This document shows, one piece after another, positions 13,140 through 25,859 of a stretch of 64,000 nt of DNA. Position numbers and translations under genes: made by a program. Numbering within the stretch: the stretch's first letter is position 1; every line of letters starts with the position of its first letter. Below the pieces are notes generated by a model. It was not told the DNA's origin, made no database searches, and worked only from the letters and a program-made list of their open reading frames with translations. Source of the DNA: Stegostoma tigrinum (taxonomy: Eukaryota); contig NC_081354.1 in the NCBI RefSeq assembly GCF_030684315.1, forward strand, positions 55,332,259 through 55,396,258. The letters are read 5' to 3'.

Positions 13140-13268
13140 CAGGCCAGGTGGATCGGCCTGTAGTGTTCAGGGGTGTGTGGGTTATAGGGGGAATGGGTCT
13201 TCAAGGGGCAGTGTGGACTTGTTGGGCTGAAGGGCCTGTTTCCACACTGTAGGGAGTCTAATCTAAAC
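13140..13268 (+). mobile_element. HE1-like SINE / CR1 shared 3' tail fragment
   Basis: gtgtggacttgttgggctgaagggcctgtttccacactgtaggga tail, also seen at 22555-22600 and 27627-27670. Confidence 0.65.
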
Positions 13269-13269
13269 A

Positions 13270-13885
13270 GAGACCACGGATGGAAGGCTGGCTTTCGTGA
13301 TGGTCTGCGCTGTGCACACCACTTTCTGTAGTTTCTTACGGTCCTGGGCAGAGCAGTTACCATACCAGGCCGTTATGCACCCAGACAGTATACATTCAAT
13401 GGTGCACCTATTGGTGAAGGACCTTTATGAACATGTCAAATTTCCTGAGCCGCTCGAGGAAGAAGAGGTGTTGTTGTACCTTCTTGACTGTCACATTTAT
13501 GTGGGATGTCCAGGACAGGTTGTTGAGTATAATCACTCCAAGGAATTTAATGCTGTTTGCCCTGTTAACCTCAGTTCTGTTAATGTAGCTGGGGGTGTGT
13601 TCTCCTCCTTTCTCTGTGAAGTTGATGATCAGTTCTTTAGTTTTGCTGACGTTGAGAGACTGTTTTCATTGCACCACTTCATCAAGCCCTCTATCTCCCT
13701 TCTGTGGTTTGACTCAACTAATCAACTTTGTTAGATACCCGTCCCACTGTGGTGGTGTCATCGGCAAACTTGTAGATGGCTTTCATTTGGAATTTGGCAA
13801 CGCAGTCGTGGACGTACAGGGAGTACAGGAGGCGGCTAAGGACACCTCTTTGAGGGGTTCCAGTGTTGAGTGTTATTGTGGAGGT
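13270..13885 (-). mobile_element. Rex1/Babar-like non-LTR retrotransposon RT fragment
   Basis: ORF 13718..13936 has TLNTGTPQ.GVLS.LLYSLYVHDC...KFADDTT.VG, typical of Rex-Babar RT; downstream A.QHLFFL.RLRKF-like remnants. Confidence 0.8.
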
Positions 13886-14499
13886 GATTGGGGTGGTGGG
13901 AGGAGGGAGGTGCAACCTTCCCAGGGTTCTATCCATTCTCTTGGCTCTTCAGGAAACAATGGAGATTCCAACCATTCTGACCCCACGCTCTCCCTCCCTT
14001 ATTGATCTGGAAAGATGGGAAGCTGGAAGTGGTTTGCAAATGACGTGGCTGAGTGTCTGTAAAGCCTGCTGCTACAGCAAATAGGCTACCAACCTTCTGG
14101 CTGGCTCCCCACCCCACTGTGAGCCAATCTTTTTTTTAAAAAAAAGTCTCCCTGCTTTGTTGCTTTAGTTTCAGAAATTGCAGGCAGCAGCATTAAAGAA
14201 TATAGCGCAGAATATAATCTATCACATCACCAATCATACCTCTCAGTGTCATCCTTAGAATGCATCGGTCCGACAAAGCAGACATCAAACATCAGGTACT
14301 GTCATAGCATTGTGTATGTGGTATACAGATCTGAGCATATAAAGTAATCTTAGTGTTTCAAATATATCAGGAACATCACTGTCTGTAGCCTGGACAACTA
14401 GCAAGTGTGGGGAGGGGCTTAGTTTGCAAAAGAAAGGTCAAGTGATCTGATACAAACTCTAAATATTGATGGAAATAACAGTCTGGTTCCCTGACAAAT

Positions 14500-15105
14500 T
14501 GGATCTTGGTTAATTGAACAAAAATGCTGTATATGAGAAATGATTTAAACTTATTGTTGAGAATTGTGAGGTAATGTATTTTGGTGAAAGAAACACAGAG
14601 AGACAATCCAGGCTCTAGAGTACAACTTTGAGGGGAGTACTGGATCAGAGGGACCTCGGGGCTCATGTCAATGAAGAATTTTAGATGCAAGGAAAAATTA
14701 GAGAAATTGGGCTTATTCCCCTTGGAACAGAGCAGATTAAGAGATTAGTGAGGTGTAAAAAATTATGAACAATTTTGACAGAATAAAGAAGGATATTCTG
14801 TTTCCTATGTTATTCAGTTTGCTATGTTAACAACTAGGGATCACAATTTCAAGAGAGCTAGGAGTGAGATGAGGAAAGTGTTCATTTCTCAGAATTGTTA
14901 GGATTTGGAATTGCTGCCTGGGAGAGTGGTGGAGGCAGATTCCATAGGAGGTTTCAAAGGAAAGCTAGATATTTATTTGAAAGTGATAAATTTAGAGGGC
15001 CGAGGAGATAGGGCTGTAGAAGGGGATTAGCTTTTTCGGGAGTCAGTACAAACATGATTGGTCAAATGGCCTCCTTCTGTACTGTAAAATTTCATGATTC
15101 TATGT
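14500..15105 (+). mobile_element. CR1 LINE 3' fragment
   Basis: CEV.YFG, QRDLG and LEKLGLF remnants, and a 3' end aaatggcctccttctgtactgtaaa. Confidence 0.7.
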
Positions 15106-15358
15106 CTTTTGATAACTGTGCAATTAATATCCTTCATAGACTATAATTAATAAAGGGACTATGGTTGCTAAAACCTGCACAATTAGCAATTGTATCAATT
15201 TTCATGAACTTTTCTTCACTAATTATCTTTTATTGTTTTGTTATTCAGCTGGAAACAGGTACCTGAGTAAGTATCAGACTAACACAATTCATTAAATGGA
15301 ATGTGCCCATTTCAAAGCCATGTCCTAATGAAACAATGGATTTACCTTCCCCATGCAG

Positions 15359-15922
15359 TTCCTGCTGGCATTACGGACTGTTCTGTTAACTTGATGTTTT
15401 TGGTGGATGGTTCATGGAACATGGGCCTCGAGGGATTCCTTCAAGCTAAAGCTTTTGTTAAAATACTTCTTCAGTCCATCACAACTTCTTCAGCAAGACT
15501 CTTAGTGGGATTTGCTCAGTATAGTGACAACGTTTGCATTGAGATTGGAATGGGACAGTACAGTGACTTCAATGGTTTGTTTAAAGCAATAGATAACATA
15601 TCCTTTAATGGTGGAAAGACATTCACTGGAAAAGCCCTGCAATATGTAGCTGACAATGGTTTCGGTGAAGTCTCTCGAATGAATGTTCCTCATGTCCTTG
15701 TAGTGTTTTCCAATTCTAAATCTCATGACTCAGTGCTACTCGCTGCACAACACACTAAAGAAAAGGAGATACTTGTTTTGTCCATTGGAAAAAAATACGT
15801 TCAAAATCAACTAAACCGCATAGCTGGAGATGCTCAGCTTGTATTTGCATATAATGAACCACAAGAACTCTACGGTAAGGTTTTGGAGCTCAGGAGAAAG
15901 ATATGTGGATTTAACACACCTG
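15359..15922 (+). CDS. VWA2-like exon (VWA domain 2)
   Basis: ccatgcag acceptor, gtaagt donor; 564 bp phase 1-1; lies in ORF 15301..16059; DCSVNLMFLVDGSWN...GGKTFTGKAL...KICGFNTP. Confidence 0.93.
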
Positions 15923-18619
15923 GTAAGTTGTCCTATTTTCTGTGTTGGTGCTTAGGGTTTAATAATGTGCTTTTTAGTACAGGCCACATCTGGGTGAGAT
16001 GTGGGTGTGTGCATGATGAGGTGACTTGCTACAGCAGAAATGCGGCTCCTGTTATTTAAATTAGAGACAATGGCAATACATGCACCCGGTTTGAGGCAAT
16101 CATAAGAGAATAAAAGGTAATCCTGACAAGCTCTGATTCCACGATGGAAAGTGACATGTCCCCAAGTCTAATTCTGTATCTAGATTTTCAATGGGGTATA
16201 AATTCTCAGCATCATATTGCCCTAATATCTTCAGTAATGTACAGTAAAGTCAAAAAGTGAAGTAGAAAAAAAGTATGAATTAGAAGCCAGGAGACACTCG
16301 CTTTCATTCATAAAGAAGAAAATTGCACAGAGGAAATTTTCTGATGTGCTATAGATTTGAACTAACAGGAAGAGGTCAGACAAAATTCAACTCAAAACAT
16401 AAAAGATTTATCTTGGTTCTTAGAGTTCTTAGCGTCCACAGGCTATAATCACTGTAATTATGCTGGGTGCTGTTCAATGGTGATCTGTGGCAGCAAGCTC
16501 ACAGTATATTTTGGGAGCAGTAACAAGTGATCTAATTTGAAAGTCTAAGGCAGGTGTCTATCCATTAGAGATACATCTCAGTTAATCAACAGCCACTGAC
16601 TTGCCTTTGGCTGTCCAAGCTACTCCTGGTTGCTCCAGGATCGTTCTGCCTTTACCGGGGAACGGTCAGTCTGTGCCTACTGATTGGGTTCCAGGAAAGT
16701 CAAGGTTACAAAAATTTCCTGTAGTTGGTTGGAGATGCAGGTGTGGACACCTACTTTTCCATCATCTCGACCATATTTGAGGAAAACCGTTTACTGCTGG
16801 CTGCACAAGTATTTGATTCTGTTGCCACACTGTCCTTTTGAAGATTAGATCTCAAAGATGTGGGTTCCTTTGCTCCTCAGAGGAGGGTAACCATTTCTCT
16901 GCTTGGAGGAATGACAGTACTGTGTTTGTATTCCCGCTTGTGCTCGGTGAAGCACCTGAGTATGACCTTTCTGATACTTTAATTGATTTTAATGAGTGAG
17001 CACCTTTTTGCTGGTGCAAGTAGATGCCCAAGATGTGGTTGATGAGAATGTGGATCAGCAATTGGATAGGCAGTCATTAGGATAGTGGACCTCTTCCTCC
17101 AAGGCAGCCTTTTTGATGTGAAACCTAGTTTAGCTGTGAGCACAGTTACATTTGCCTCTGCTTTGTAATCCAGAAAGGAAGCTCAGGGTGCTTAATTTGC
17201 ATTTGATGAACCTTTGTCAAACTTCTCCTGCTCCCTTGGTTCTAACCCGCTCTCCCCACCTGATCTCTAATTGTCTATTTTTGTATCTATTGCTTCTCTC
17301 TCTTCTGTACACTTGGGGCTTTCAGTGGTGATGATACTCCACTTGTCAATTTTGTAAGGTTGTACGTCACTGCTGGAGTTCATCTGTCGCTGAAACCCCC
17401 AACCATTTGTTAGCTCCAGATTGAATGATTCCAGCAACCTCCTCCCATTTTCCACTGTCTGACTGTGAAAACTGCAGACTAAATTAAGATCAACCTGGTG
17501 TAACTGCTCATATTTGGCTTGCTGAACTTGTCCAATTTCTGCTTCCTCAGTTGCTGCAGTCTTTTCCTGTCAGTAGTCACATTTCGGTTGCAGGCTAACT
17601 GACTGACTGACTGTGTATTCCTAAAATGATAACATTCTGAAACGAGTAAGCTCAGTCAGTCTTCAATATTTTCTTTGTCTGGATCTTCTGTTCCTCAGAA
17701 AGTCGAATCTGTGTTGCTGGTCACCAAAGGGTACTTTCCTGATTGCCATCTCATGCTTTATGCCACCTCTGCCAATATGTGGATCAGAGTGAGGGTTGTT
17801 AGAGATAACTCCCTGCTACCAATCCTCCTTTCATCATTAGACAGATTCTAGACAAAATATTGATAGCCATACAGGATACACAACCATAGAGTCTACAGAA
17901 AGCTCACTGATCTTAGTTAACAAGAAGATTAATTGCCTGACAGCAATAACTCCAACTACATCAAAAAGCAGACATTATTACTAGGATTTTCAGGATCTGT
18001 AGCCTACCATAGAATTCACTGCCTCCAGACAGTGACTGTGTCACCTCACCGGAAACTCAAGATAATGTAAACATTAACATCTTCTTCAAAATCTTATACA
18101 TATTCCGCTGCCTATCTCTGCTATTCTCACCTCTACCAACACTTGCCAGTGCTCAGGAACCTCTGTCACTAAGATTGAGAACATATCACTTCAATCCCTT
18201 CTTCTACCTCACTCTTACTAAAGTTTCCCCTTCCTTAGCTGTGACCTTCTAACTTTCTCTAATGTCTCTCCAAACTCCCCTCAGGCTCAGGTCATCCAAA
18301 AGATTTATTTCCTGATCTATCAACCCTCTTTCTCACTAATTAACTGGACATCCAAATTCTCTTTCTAACTGTCATGTTAGTCAATATTTTTAGTGCTTTT
18401 CTCTTGCTAATTAGTTTTGCCTTCAAACCTGCTATCATTAGCTATCTCCTCATAAAGTCCTTTCATCTCTCCAACATTTCAAAGTGCCATCTCTGTCTTC
18501 GCTTCCTAATGTCCTTGAATCTTTTTCACTTCCTAAATCCATGTACTTCATGCTTGTATCTTTCCGTTGAGGTGTCAACTCCTGCCATTGTGCCATATTG
18601 GCTCTTAGCAAAGTCAAGA

Positions 18620-18850
18620 AACAGCCTCTAACATGACTGGAGGCAGACTATCATCCCCACTCTTTCTTGACCTCACACCCAGCTTTAGTCACAGTTCACT
18701 ACACCCTCCTCCTCCAATGCCATTCTGCCATCATCCATGTACTCTCTCATATTTATATTCTTATTGATCTAACCATAGCCTGAGAACGGTCGGTGGTGGT
18801 TCCTCTTCCTAGTCCAGCACTGTTACTCCTTGTATTCCCTACAACACCGA
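18620..18850 (+). mobile_element. Ancient L2-like LINE fragment
   Basis: Degenerate FLDL..AF.TV.Y.LLL motif in C/T-rich sequence. Confidence 0.4.
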
Positions 18851-18974
18851 CAACATTCACCCTTCCAAATCTGTTTCTGTGAAAGAAAATGAGCGCTTAT
18901 GCGAAAATTCAGTGAAAACATGAAGAATCCAGAGACATCCTTTGTTTTATAAGACAAAGACCTATGGGAGATGG

Positions 18975-19130
18975 AGATTTGAAGCAAAAACAGAAACTGC
19001 TAGTGAAACTCTGCAGTTCTGGCAACATTTGTGGGGAGAGAGCAAAGTTAATGTTTCAAATTCTGACAAAGAGTATGCTAAATCTGCTGAGTTTTGCCAG
19101 TAAGTTCTTTTCCTGTTTGACATCTTTTGT
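18975..19130. mobile_element. Old fold-back Penelope-derived short element
   Basis: aaacagaaactgctagtgaaactc...gagttttgccagtaagttc imperfect inverted arms; related degenerate copies at about 49060-49230, 52655-52770, 54415-54500 and 60330-60485. Confidence 0.55.
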
Positions 19131-19326
19131 TTGAAATCTGTATCACCTTGGGGTTTATAACAGCTGGAAGCTGGAAAGTAAAGATTCATGTACAAAATGC
19201 TATTAATGGCATTGATGTAAATGTTGTTGTGTTCACAGAAACTCTGGACAAATTGAAAGAGATTATTTTACCATATGGTGCAATATAAACTAGAATACGT
19301 CAGTGTGTGACTTCATTGTTTTACAG

Positions 19327-19878
19327 ATTGTTTTTCCAAGTCTTTAGATCTAGTATTTGCAGTCGATGCTTCTGGTCAAGCTGGAAGACAGAATTTTCGA
19401 CAAATAAAAGGGTTTGTGAGGAACATTGTCTCACATTTTGACATTGACAAAGACCTCACACAGGTTGCTATGGTGATCTACAGCGACAAGCCCCGAACTC
19501 TCTTTAACTTGGATTCATTTGACAGTGAAGGAAAAATTAAAAGGGCAATCAGCTCAGGCCCATTTCTAGACGGGAGTGCTCACACCGGGAAAGCTCTTAA
19601 ATATATACAGGAGGATACCTTAAGTATCCAGAAGGGAGCAAGGCCAGGAATCAACAAGGTCGTTGTGGTGATTACTAATGGGCAGAGTTCAGATGATATT
19701 GTTCCGAATGCTGAAGAACTCCGACACAGTGGGATTACTGTAATTGCACTGGGAATGGCAGACACTCGGGCAACAGCACTCCTCAGAATTGCAGGAAGCC
19801 GCAAATTTGTGATTCCTGTTCATTCCTATGAAGATTTTAAACATCATGAAATCAACTTGGTACGGAAAATATGTGAAG
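19327..19878 (+). CDS. VWA2-like exon (VWA domain 3)
   Basis: ttacag acceptor, gtaagc donor; 552 bp phase 1-1; DCFSKSLDLVFAVDASGQ...QKGARPGINKVVVVITNG...KICE, compare VWA2 QRGARPGVPKAVVVLTGG. Confidence 0.93.
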
Positions 19879-20149
19879 GTAAGCTGCGCCTATCCTGTTT
19901 TTAAACTTGCAGAGTACTGTTATATGAGATTTAATTTTAGCACTGTGCATGGCTGAAAATGAGCTATGTTTGAGAAGCCTTAGTTGTCAATAGAGTCTGT
20001 AGCATAATATCTCATCTTGGTCTATAACTTCTTATAATCTTCAGTCTCACTGTCACCATATATATATATATGTCCAATATTGAAATTTGGAGTCTGTTTT
20101 GAAGCAGTTAAAGACACAGCATCAGCTTTTGCTGAAAGTCTTTTTAGAG

Positions 20150-21435
20150 TCATAAAGTCATAGGGATGCAGGGCATGGAAACAAATCCTTCAGACCAACT
20201 TGTCCATGCCAGTATCCTAAATAAATCCAGTCCCATTTTCCCAGCATTTGGCCCATATCCCTCTAAACCTTTACTATTCATGTATCCATCCATATACCTA
20301 TTAAATGTTGTAATTGTACCCCCCTCCACCACTTCCTCTGGTAGCTCATTCCACATATGCACCACCCTCTGTGCGAAAAAGTTGCCCCTTAGGTCCGTCT
20401 TAAATCTTCCCCTTTCATCTTAAACTGTTGCTGTCTAGTTTTGGATTCCCGCACCCTGGGGAAAAGGTCTTATTTATTTACCATATCCATGCCCCTCATG
20501 GTTTTATAAACCTCTACAAGGTTATCCCTCAGCCTCTGAAACCCCAAGGAAAATAGCCCCAGCCTATTCAGCCTCTCCCCATAACTCAAACCTTCCAACC
20601 TTGGCAACATCCTTGTAAATCTTTTCTGAACCCTTTCTAGTTTCACAACATCCTTCCTATAGCAGGGAGACTAAAATTGCACACAGTATTCCAATAGTGG
20701 CCTAACCAATGTCCTGTACAGCCTCTGCTACTCAATGCACTGACAAATAAAGCAAGCATACCAAATGCCTTCTTCACTACCCTATCTGCCTACAACTCCA
20801 CTTTCAAGTAACTATGAACCTGTACTCCAAGGGCTCTTTGTTCAGCAACACTTCCCAGGACCTTACCATTAAGTGTATAAGTCCAGCCCTGATTTGCCTT
20901 TCCTCAAATAAAGCTTAATTAAAGTCCATCTGCCACTCCTCTGCCCATTGGCCCATCTGATCAAGTAACCTCCTTCCTTCACTGCCCACTACACCTCCAA
21001 TTTTGGTGTCATCTGCAAACTTACCAACCGTACCTCTTATGTTCATATCCACATCGTTTGTACAAATAACAAAAAGCAGTGGACCCAGCACCAAACCTTG
21101 TGGCACACTGCTGGTTACAGGCCTCCAATCTGAAAAGCATCCCTCCATGACCACCCTCTGTCTTCTACCTTTGACCTAGTTCTATACCCAAATAGCTAGT
21201 TTTCCTTGTATTCCGTGTGATCTAACCTTGCTAACCAGTCTACCATGAAGAACCTTGTCAAACGCCTTACTGTAGATCATTGTAGGTCATGTCCAATGCT
21301 CTGCCCTCGTCAATCCTCTTCATTACTTCTTCAAACTCAATCAAGTTAGTGAGACATGATTTCCTACACACAAAACCATGTGACTATCCCTAATCAGTCC
21401 TTGCCTTTCCAACTACATGTAAATCCTGATCCTCA
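20150..21435 (-). mobile_element. CR1 LINE fragment (RT to 3' end)
   Basis: ORFs 20915..21154 (VPQG.VLGPLLF, KFADDTK) and 20150..20365 (WNELPEEVVE). Confidence 0.9.
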
Positions 21436-21439
21436 GTTA

Positions 21440-21990
21440 TACAAGTATTGAAGATGTGGCCACATCTGGAATACTGAGTACAGTACCGGTGAGTGTACTT
21501 ACAGAAGGATGTTAATGTGTTGAAAGCAGTTCAGAGAAATTTTAGTGCGCTAATACCTGGAATAACTGCATTGTCTTATGACGAAAGGCTGGGCAGACTG
21601 GATCCCTATCCCCTGACAATTAGAAAAGTCAGAGGTGACTTAATTGAAACACAAGAGCCAAATGGGACTTGACAGAATGGATACTGAAAGCATTCTTCTT
21701 TTTGTGAGAGAATCTAGAACTAGGGGTCAAAGTTTAAAATTAAGATAGAACCCTCTTAAGACAGAGCTGAGGATTTGCTTTTTCTCTCAGACAGTTGTGA
21801 GTGTTTCGATTTCCCATCTTTGTAAGACAGTTATATAGATTCTTGAGTACAGAGGAGATGGAATGTTATCCATGATATGCAGGAATGTAAAATGGTGGTT
21901 AAAACCAGATCAACCGTGACATTATTGAATGGTGGTGCAGATTCGCAGGGTTAGGGTTGAATGGCCTACTCTTGTTCATTGTTTATACGT
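21440..21990 (+). mobile_element. CR1 LINE 3' fragment
   Basis: PHLEY and RGDLIE remnants plus a 3' UTR; head-to-head with the preceding - strand CR1. Confidence 0.7.
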
Positions 21991-22409
21991 TCATATGTTT
22001 TTTGGAGCAGCCATGAAGCCTATATCTTTGCAAATTCTCATGTTACTGCTGCATTTGAGGGGTGAGACAAGTTGCAAGGGAAGTTATTAGCAGAGAAGAA
22101 CTACACTGTGTGGTCATGGTTCTGACTGTTGTGCGTTCCTCTGACTGACCCAGAGCATTAATACAATGTAGCCCATTGTTTAACTAGGGCCATTGTGGAG
22201 CAGATGACAGGCCTCCTGAAGATATGGTTCTGATGCTTGGATCAGTCTGGTGAAGCCTTGCCAGATACTGTGGGCTACATAACCCTGGCATGCTGTCCTC
22301 TGTATACCTCAACCAGGCAATGAGGAGATATGGTGGCTGAAGAGCTGGGAGAACAGAATCAATCTTGCATGGAGGAAGCCGGGAACATAGAGCTAGAGGA
22401 ATATCCAAA

Positions 22410-22612
22410 AATGCACAGGTTAGGTGGATTGGCTATGCTGATTTGCCCCTTGGGTCCAGGGATGTGTAGGTTAGGTGGATTAGCCACGGGAATTGCAGGA
22501 TCACAGGGATAGGGTTGGAGGGTAGTCTGGCTGGGATGTTCTTTGGAGAGTCAGTGTGGACTTGTTGGGCTGACTGGCCTGTTTCCATACTATAGGGATT
22601 CAATGGCTTCTA
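22410..22612 (+). mobile_element. HE1-like SINE 3' portion
   Basis: gcacaggttaggtggattggc...gatgtgtaggttaggtggattagcc repeat and a CR1-like tail. Confidence 0.65.
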
Positions 22613-23220
22613 TGGAACAACAAACTCTTCATGATAGAGAGTAGCAGCATCAGAGGCCATAAGCTAGAGAGGAGTTAATTGACACTGAGGACTCCCAGTT
22701 CCTGTGAGCTTGGTGCAGTGATCACTCAATGACTATAAGTTTGTTGTTGCTTGAACAGCGAGCAGTGTATTCCTGTTGGAAGAGGCAAATACATTGTTTT
22801 TGCTGTTGCTGAATAAAAGTATTTTGAACTGTTTGAAAGCATTCCAGTATGTGAATGTTCCATACTGAACAATGAAAAGATATTGGGCATTGGAGAAAGA
22901 TTAACACTCCCTTAGACAGACCTGTAAGATCAATATGGCTCAGGATGGATAAGCTCTGTAGATTGGTTCTTCAACAGTGATGGATGTAAGAATATGCATT
23001 TGTGTGCACTTTGAAATGTCAGCCATACCACCGATGTGCACAAAGAAGCTTTGCTTTGTAATTGCTGTCCTGCGAAGTGCATGAAGGGCAGGTCTGGACC
23101 TCCAACCCATGATTAAGTGTGATGCTGTACTTCGGAGATGGTGCCAGAGATCCCAAGGTATCCAGACAGTGATGAGAACTTTTGCTCAAGCCAAATGGGA
23201 AATTTGATGGTGTTGGTTGC

Positions 23221-23250
23221 GGGGGGTGGGGGGGGGGGGGGGGGGGGGGG
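23221..23250 (+). repeat. Poly-G tract
   Basis: G6-T followed by a run of about 23 G. Confidence 0.9.
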
Positions 23251-24889
23251 CGGAGAGCCCACCATAGTTATTTCGTAATGAGGTGAGTTTGGTAAGATAG
23301 CATAAGAAAACCCATTAGTGCTCACGAAGAGAAACTTCCTGTGAAACTCACCAAAAATGACAGTTAGTCAATTTCTGGTAAGAATCAGTTCAATATGACA
23401 TTACTGCAGGTGGTGCTTGAAGCAATCACCAGCATTAGCCCTTTCAGACCCTTACACTCATTTACAACATTTTCCTCTACCTGGATACTGGACAGAGTGT
23501 TCAAAATGCATTGCGCCTGCCTCTTAGATAACACAATAGTAGCTACTATCATTGTCATTAGAACCCTCTTATCATTGAATCTAGCTGCTGGGTCTCTGTA
23601 AATCACTGAAGGTTTCTGCCATGATTGTAATGAGATCAGCCAGCTGGACCTCAGAGAATGTGAGTTCCCCAATTTTGGAACTGTTAATCTGGTCCAATCG
23701 AGGAGCCCTCGCTGACATATAAAATGGACAAGTGTCAGAAATACTGACACTCTTGTACCTGACTCTCTCTGAGGCAAGGATTGGCCAACTGTAAATGAAG
23801 GGTGACTTGATGACAGGATACCAGCTCTACAGAGTTACATCAGTTTTGAATCCTTTTTGTCAGTAACTAAATTCTGTGATGTTCAATGAACAGGATTAAA
23901 TATTTCCATTCAACTATCCTTGTGTTTTGAATGCCTTCATTAAAAGTTTTACTTGAAGCCTGTTCTAAACTCCTAGGTTATTTTCATCCAGACTTGTGAC
24001 TCTGAACTGAATTTGAATCCCATACTGTCAGTATGTACCTAATTTATAAAGATGGAGTAACACTGGTCAGTCCGCTCTCCTGATGCAATGTCTTTCTTTG
24101 TTTCCTTGCAGTTCCTGCTTAGTGGCATTATTTCTCATTGCCTCAAAAAACAAAAGGACAATTTCAAAAGCTATACTAAGGTATTTATTTTCTCTACTTT
24201 TTCTTGAAAGCAACATAATCTGTTTGAGAATTAGGAAGCAGAGCTGTTATAGGTTTTCTGTTTTATAAACTTTAGAAAATGGAAATGAATTTAAATAACC
24301 TTTCCTCCTGATTTCAAAACAAATTAATTGAATTTTGAAGCCAACTAATTATCTTGCTTTGATGATCAGAAAGTATTAATGCTAATGGATTATATCACTG
24401 TGATTCTAATAACCAAGAAGGTCAGGAATACTAAAAGCATCTGTTCTATATTGGCATTTAACTTTTTTTTGAGTAGGCAAGTTTGATTTTGAAAAAGGCT
24501 GAAACCTCCAAGGGAAACAGGAAGGGGGACTAGATAAAGAAGAAACAAGCTGGTTGAGGTAATAAGGCCATAACAGTACTGTGTATCATTTTATGAGATA
24601 CATTGCAGAAATTCATCAATGCTGCTTTGGCAGTCTTTCTAAACCTGCAATATCTTTCTTAGAAGAATAGGACATTAAGAGCACCGCATCTGTAGTAATT
24701 TGTTCCTACCGCCTATAAGTTCGCCTCCAAGCTGCATACCATCCTGACTTGGAACTGTATCACCATTCCTTCACTTGTTGGCTCAAAATGCTTGACTTAC
24801 CTCTGAGAGCATTGGAGTCTAACCACACCCCAATGACTGCAGTCATTGACAGACATAAGACAGCAGCTTACCACCACCTTCTCAAAGGC

Positions 24890-25228
24890 CCTTTTTTATT
24901 AATTCACCCACAGGATGTGGACATCACTGGCTGGGCCCACTACTAATTTCCCAGAGAGCAGTTGAGGGTTATCCACATTGCTGTGGTCTGGAGTCACATG
25001 TAGGTAAGGATGGCGGACTTCCTTCCCCAAAGGACGTGAGTGAATCCAGATAGTTTTTACCCCTGACAATAAGCAATAGCTTTAGGGTTATCGTTATGTC
25101 CTTAGTTCCAGATTGTTTGTAACTGAATTCAAATTCTACCATCTGCCACAGTGGGGTTTGAACCCATGTCTCCAGAGCATTAGCTGAATTCTTGAGGGTT
25201 AAAAATACCACTAGACCATTGCCTCCCT
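24890..25228 (-). mobile_element. tRNA-derived SINE with L2-like tail, nested in a related 3' fragment (about 24620-25320)
   Basis: - strand gggaggcaatggtctagtggta (A box) ... gggttcaaacccc (B box); same family as 53605-53930. Confidence 0.75.
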
Positions 25229-25626
25229 AGGGAAGATAGACATTATAGGGATGGACTTAAGAATGGACAATAAATGTTGGCCTCTAATGACACTATATTC
25301 CATGAAAGCATAAAGAAAAGGTATAAAAGATGCATCTGTTTGCAGCACAAGTGTTTATTAGTAAATATCCTGCAATAGTATCGAAGTTTAGGTCATTATG
25401 TGGAGTACAGTTCACCTATATTGATAGTTTTTTTTGATTTAACAGGGCCTCTTCGACAATATTCACAACAACCAGTCTCTGAGATATCCAGAAAATAAGA
25501 AATTTTGTTCAGCTGAAGAAAAGCTGGAAAAATGGGAATGACGTTTAGATTTTCAATCGTTAGAACTCCTACCTTCTGCATTTTGATGCAAGGCATCTTC
25601 AGATTGAACACAACTTAAAAAAAATC

Positions 25627-25859
25627 CAGAGATAATGGGAAATGCAGATGCTGGAGAATCCAAGATAATAAAATGTGAGGCTGGATGAACACAGCAGGCC
25701 AAGCAGCATCTCAGGAGCACAAAAGCTGATGTTTCGGGCCTAGACCCTTCATCAGATGAAGCCTCTCTGATGAAGGGTCTAGGCCCGAAACGTCAGCTTT
25801 TGTGCTCCTGAGATGCTGCTTGGCCTGCTGTGTTCATCCAGCCTCACATTTTATTATCG
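25627..25859. mobile_element. Penelope-derived fold-back element with hammerhead cores
   Basis: 93-bp inverted arms (25664-25756 / 25766-25858, one mismatch), 9-nt spacer, left-side tail, 14-bp TSD taaaaaaaatccag. Confidence 0.92.

Noticed and set aside
15301-19904. Collagen VI, matrilin, cochlin or vitrin assignment for the VWA exons
   Set aside because: The Cys-rich linker (CW.G...CPFY.WKR...C.RT.CP), the single EGF and the exon series are diagnostic of VWA2/AMACO
23113-23325. Poly-proline ORFs (also 62796-63014)
   Set aside because: They arise from poly-G or G-rich low-complexity tracts on the + strand
24112-25541. Two phase-0 exon candidates forming a transmembrane/cytoplasmic tail (FLLSGIISHCLKKQK...)
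   Set aside because: The upstream donor is phase 1 and no bridging exon was found; unsupported
25664-25858. Palindromes as CRISPR repeats, intrinsic terminators or miRNA genes
   Set aside because: They are dispersed near-identical copies with TSDs and no repeat-spacer array, in vertebrate context; best explained as mobile elements
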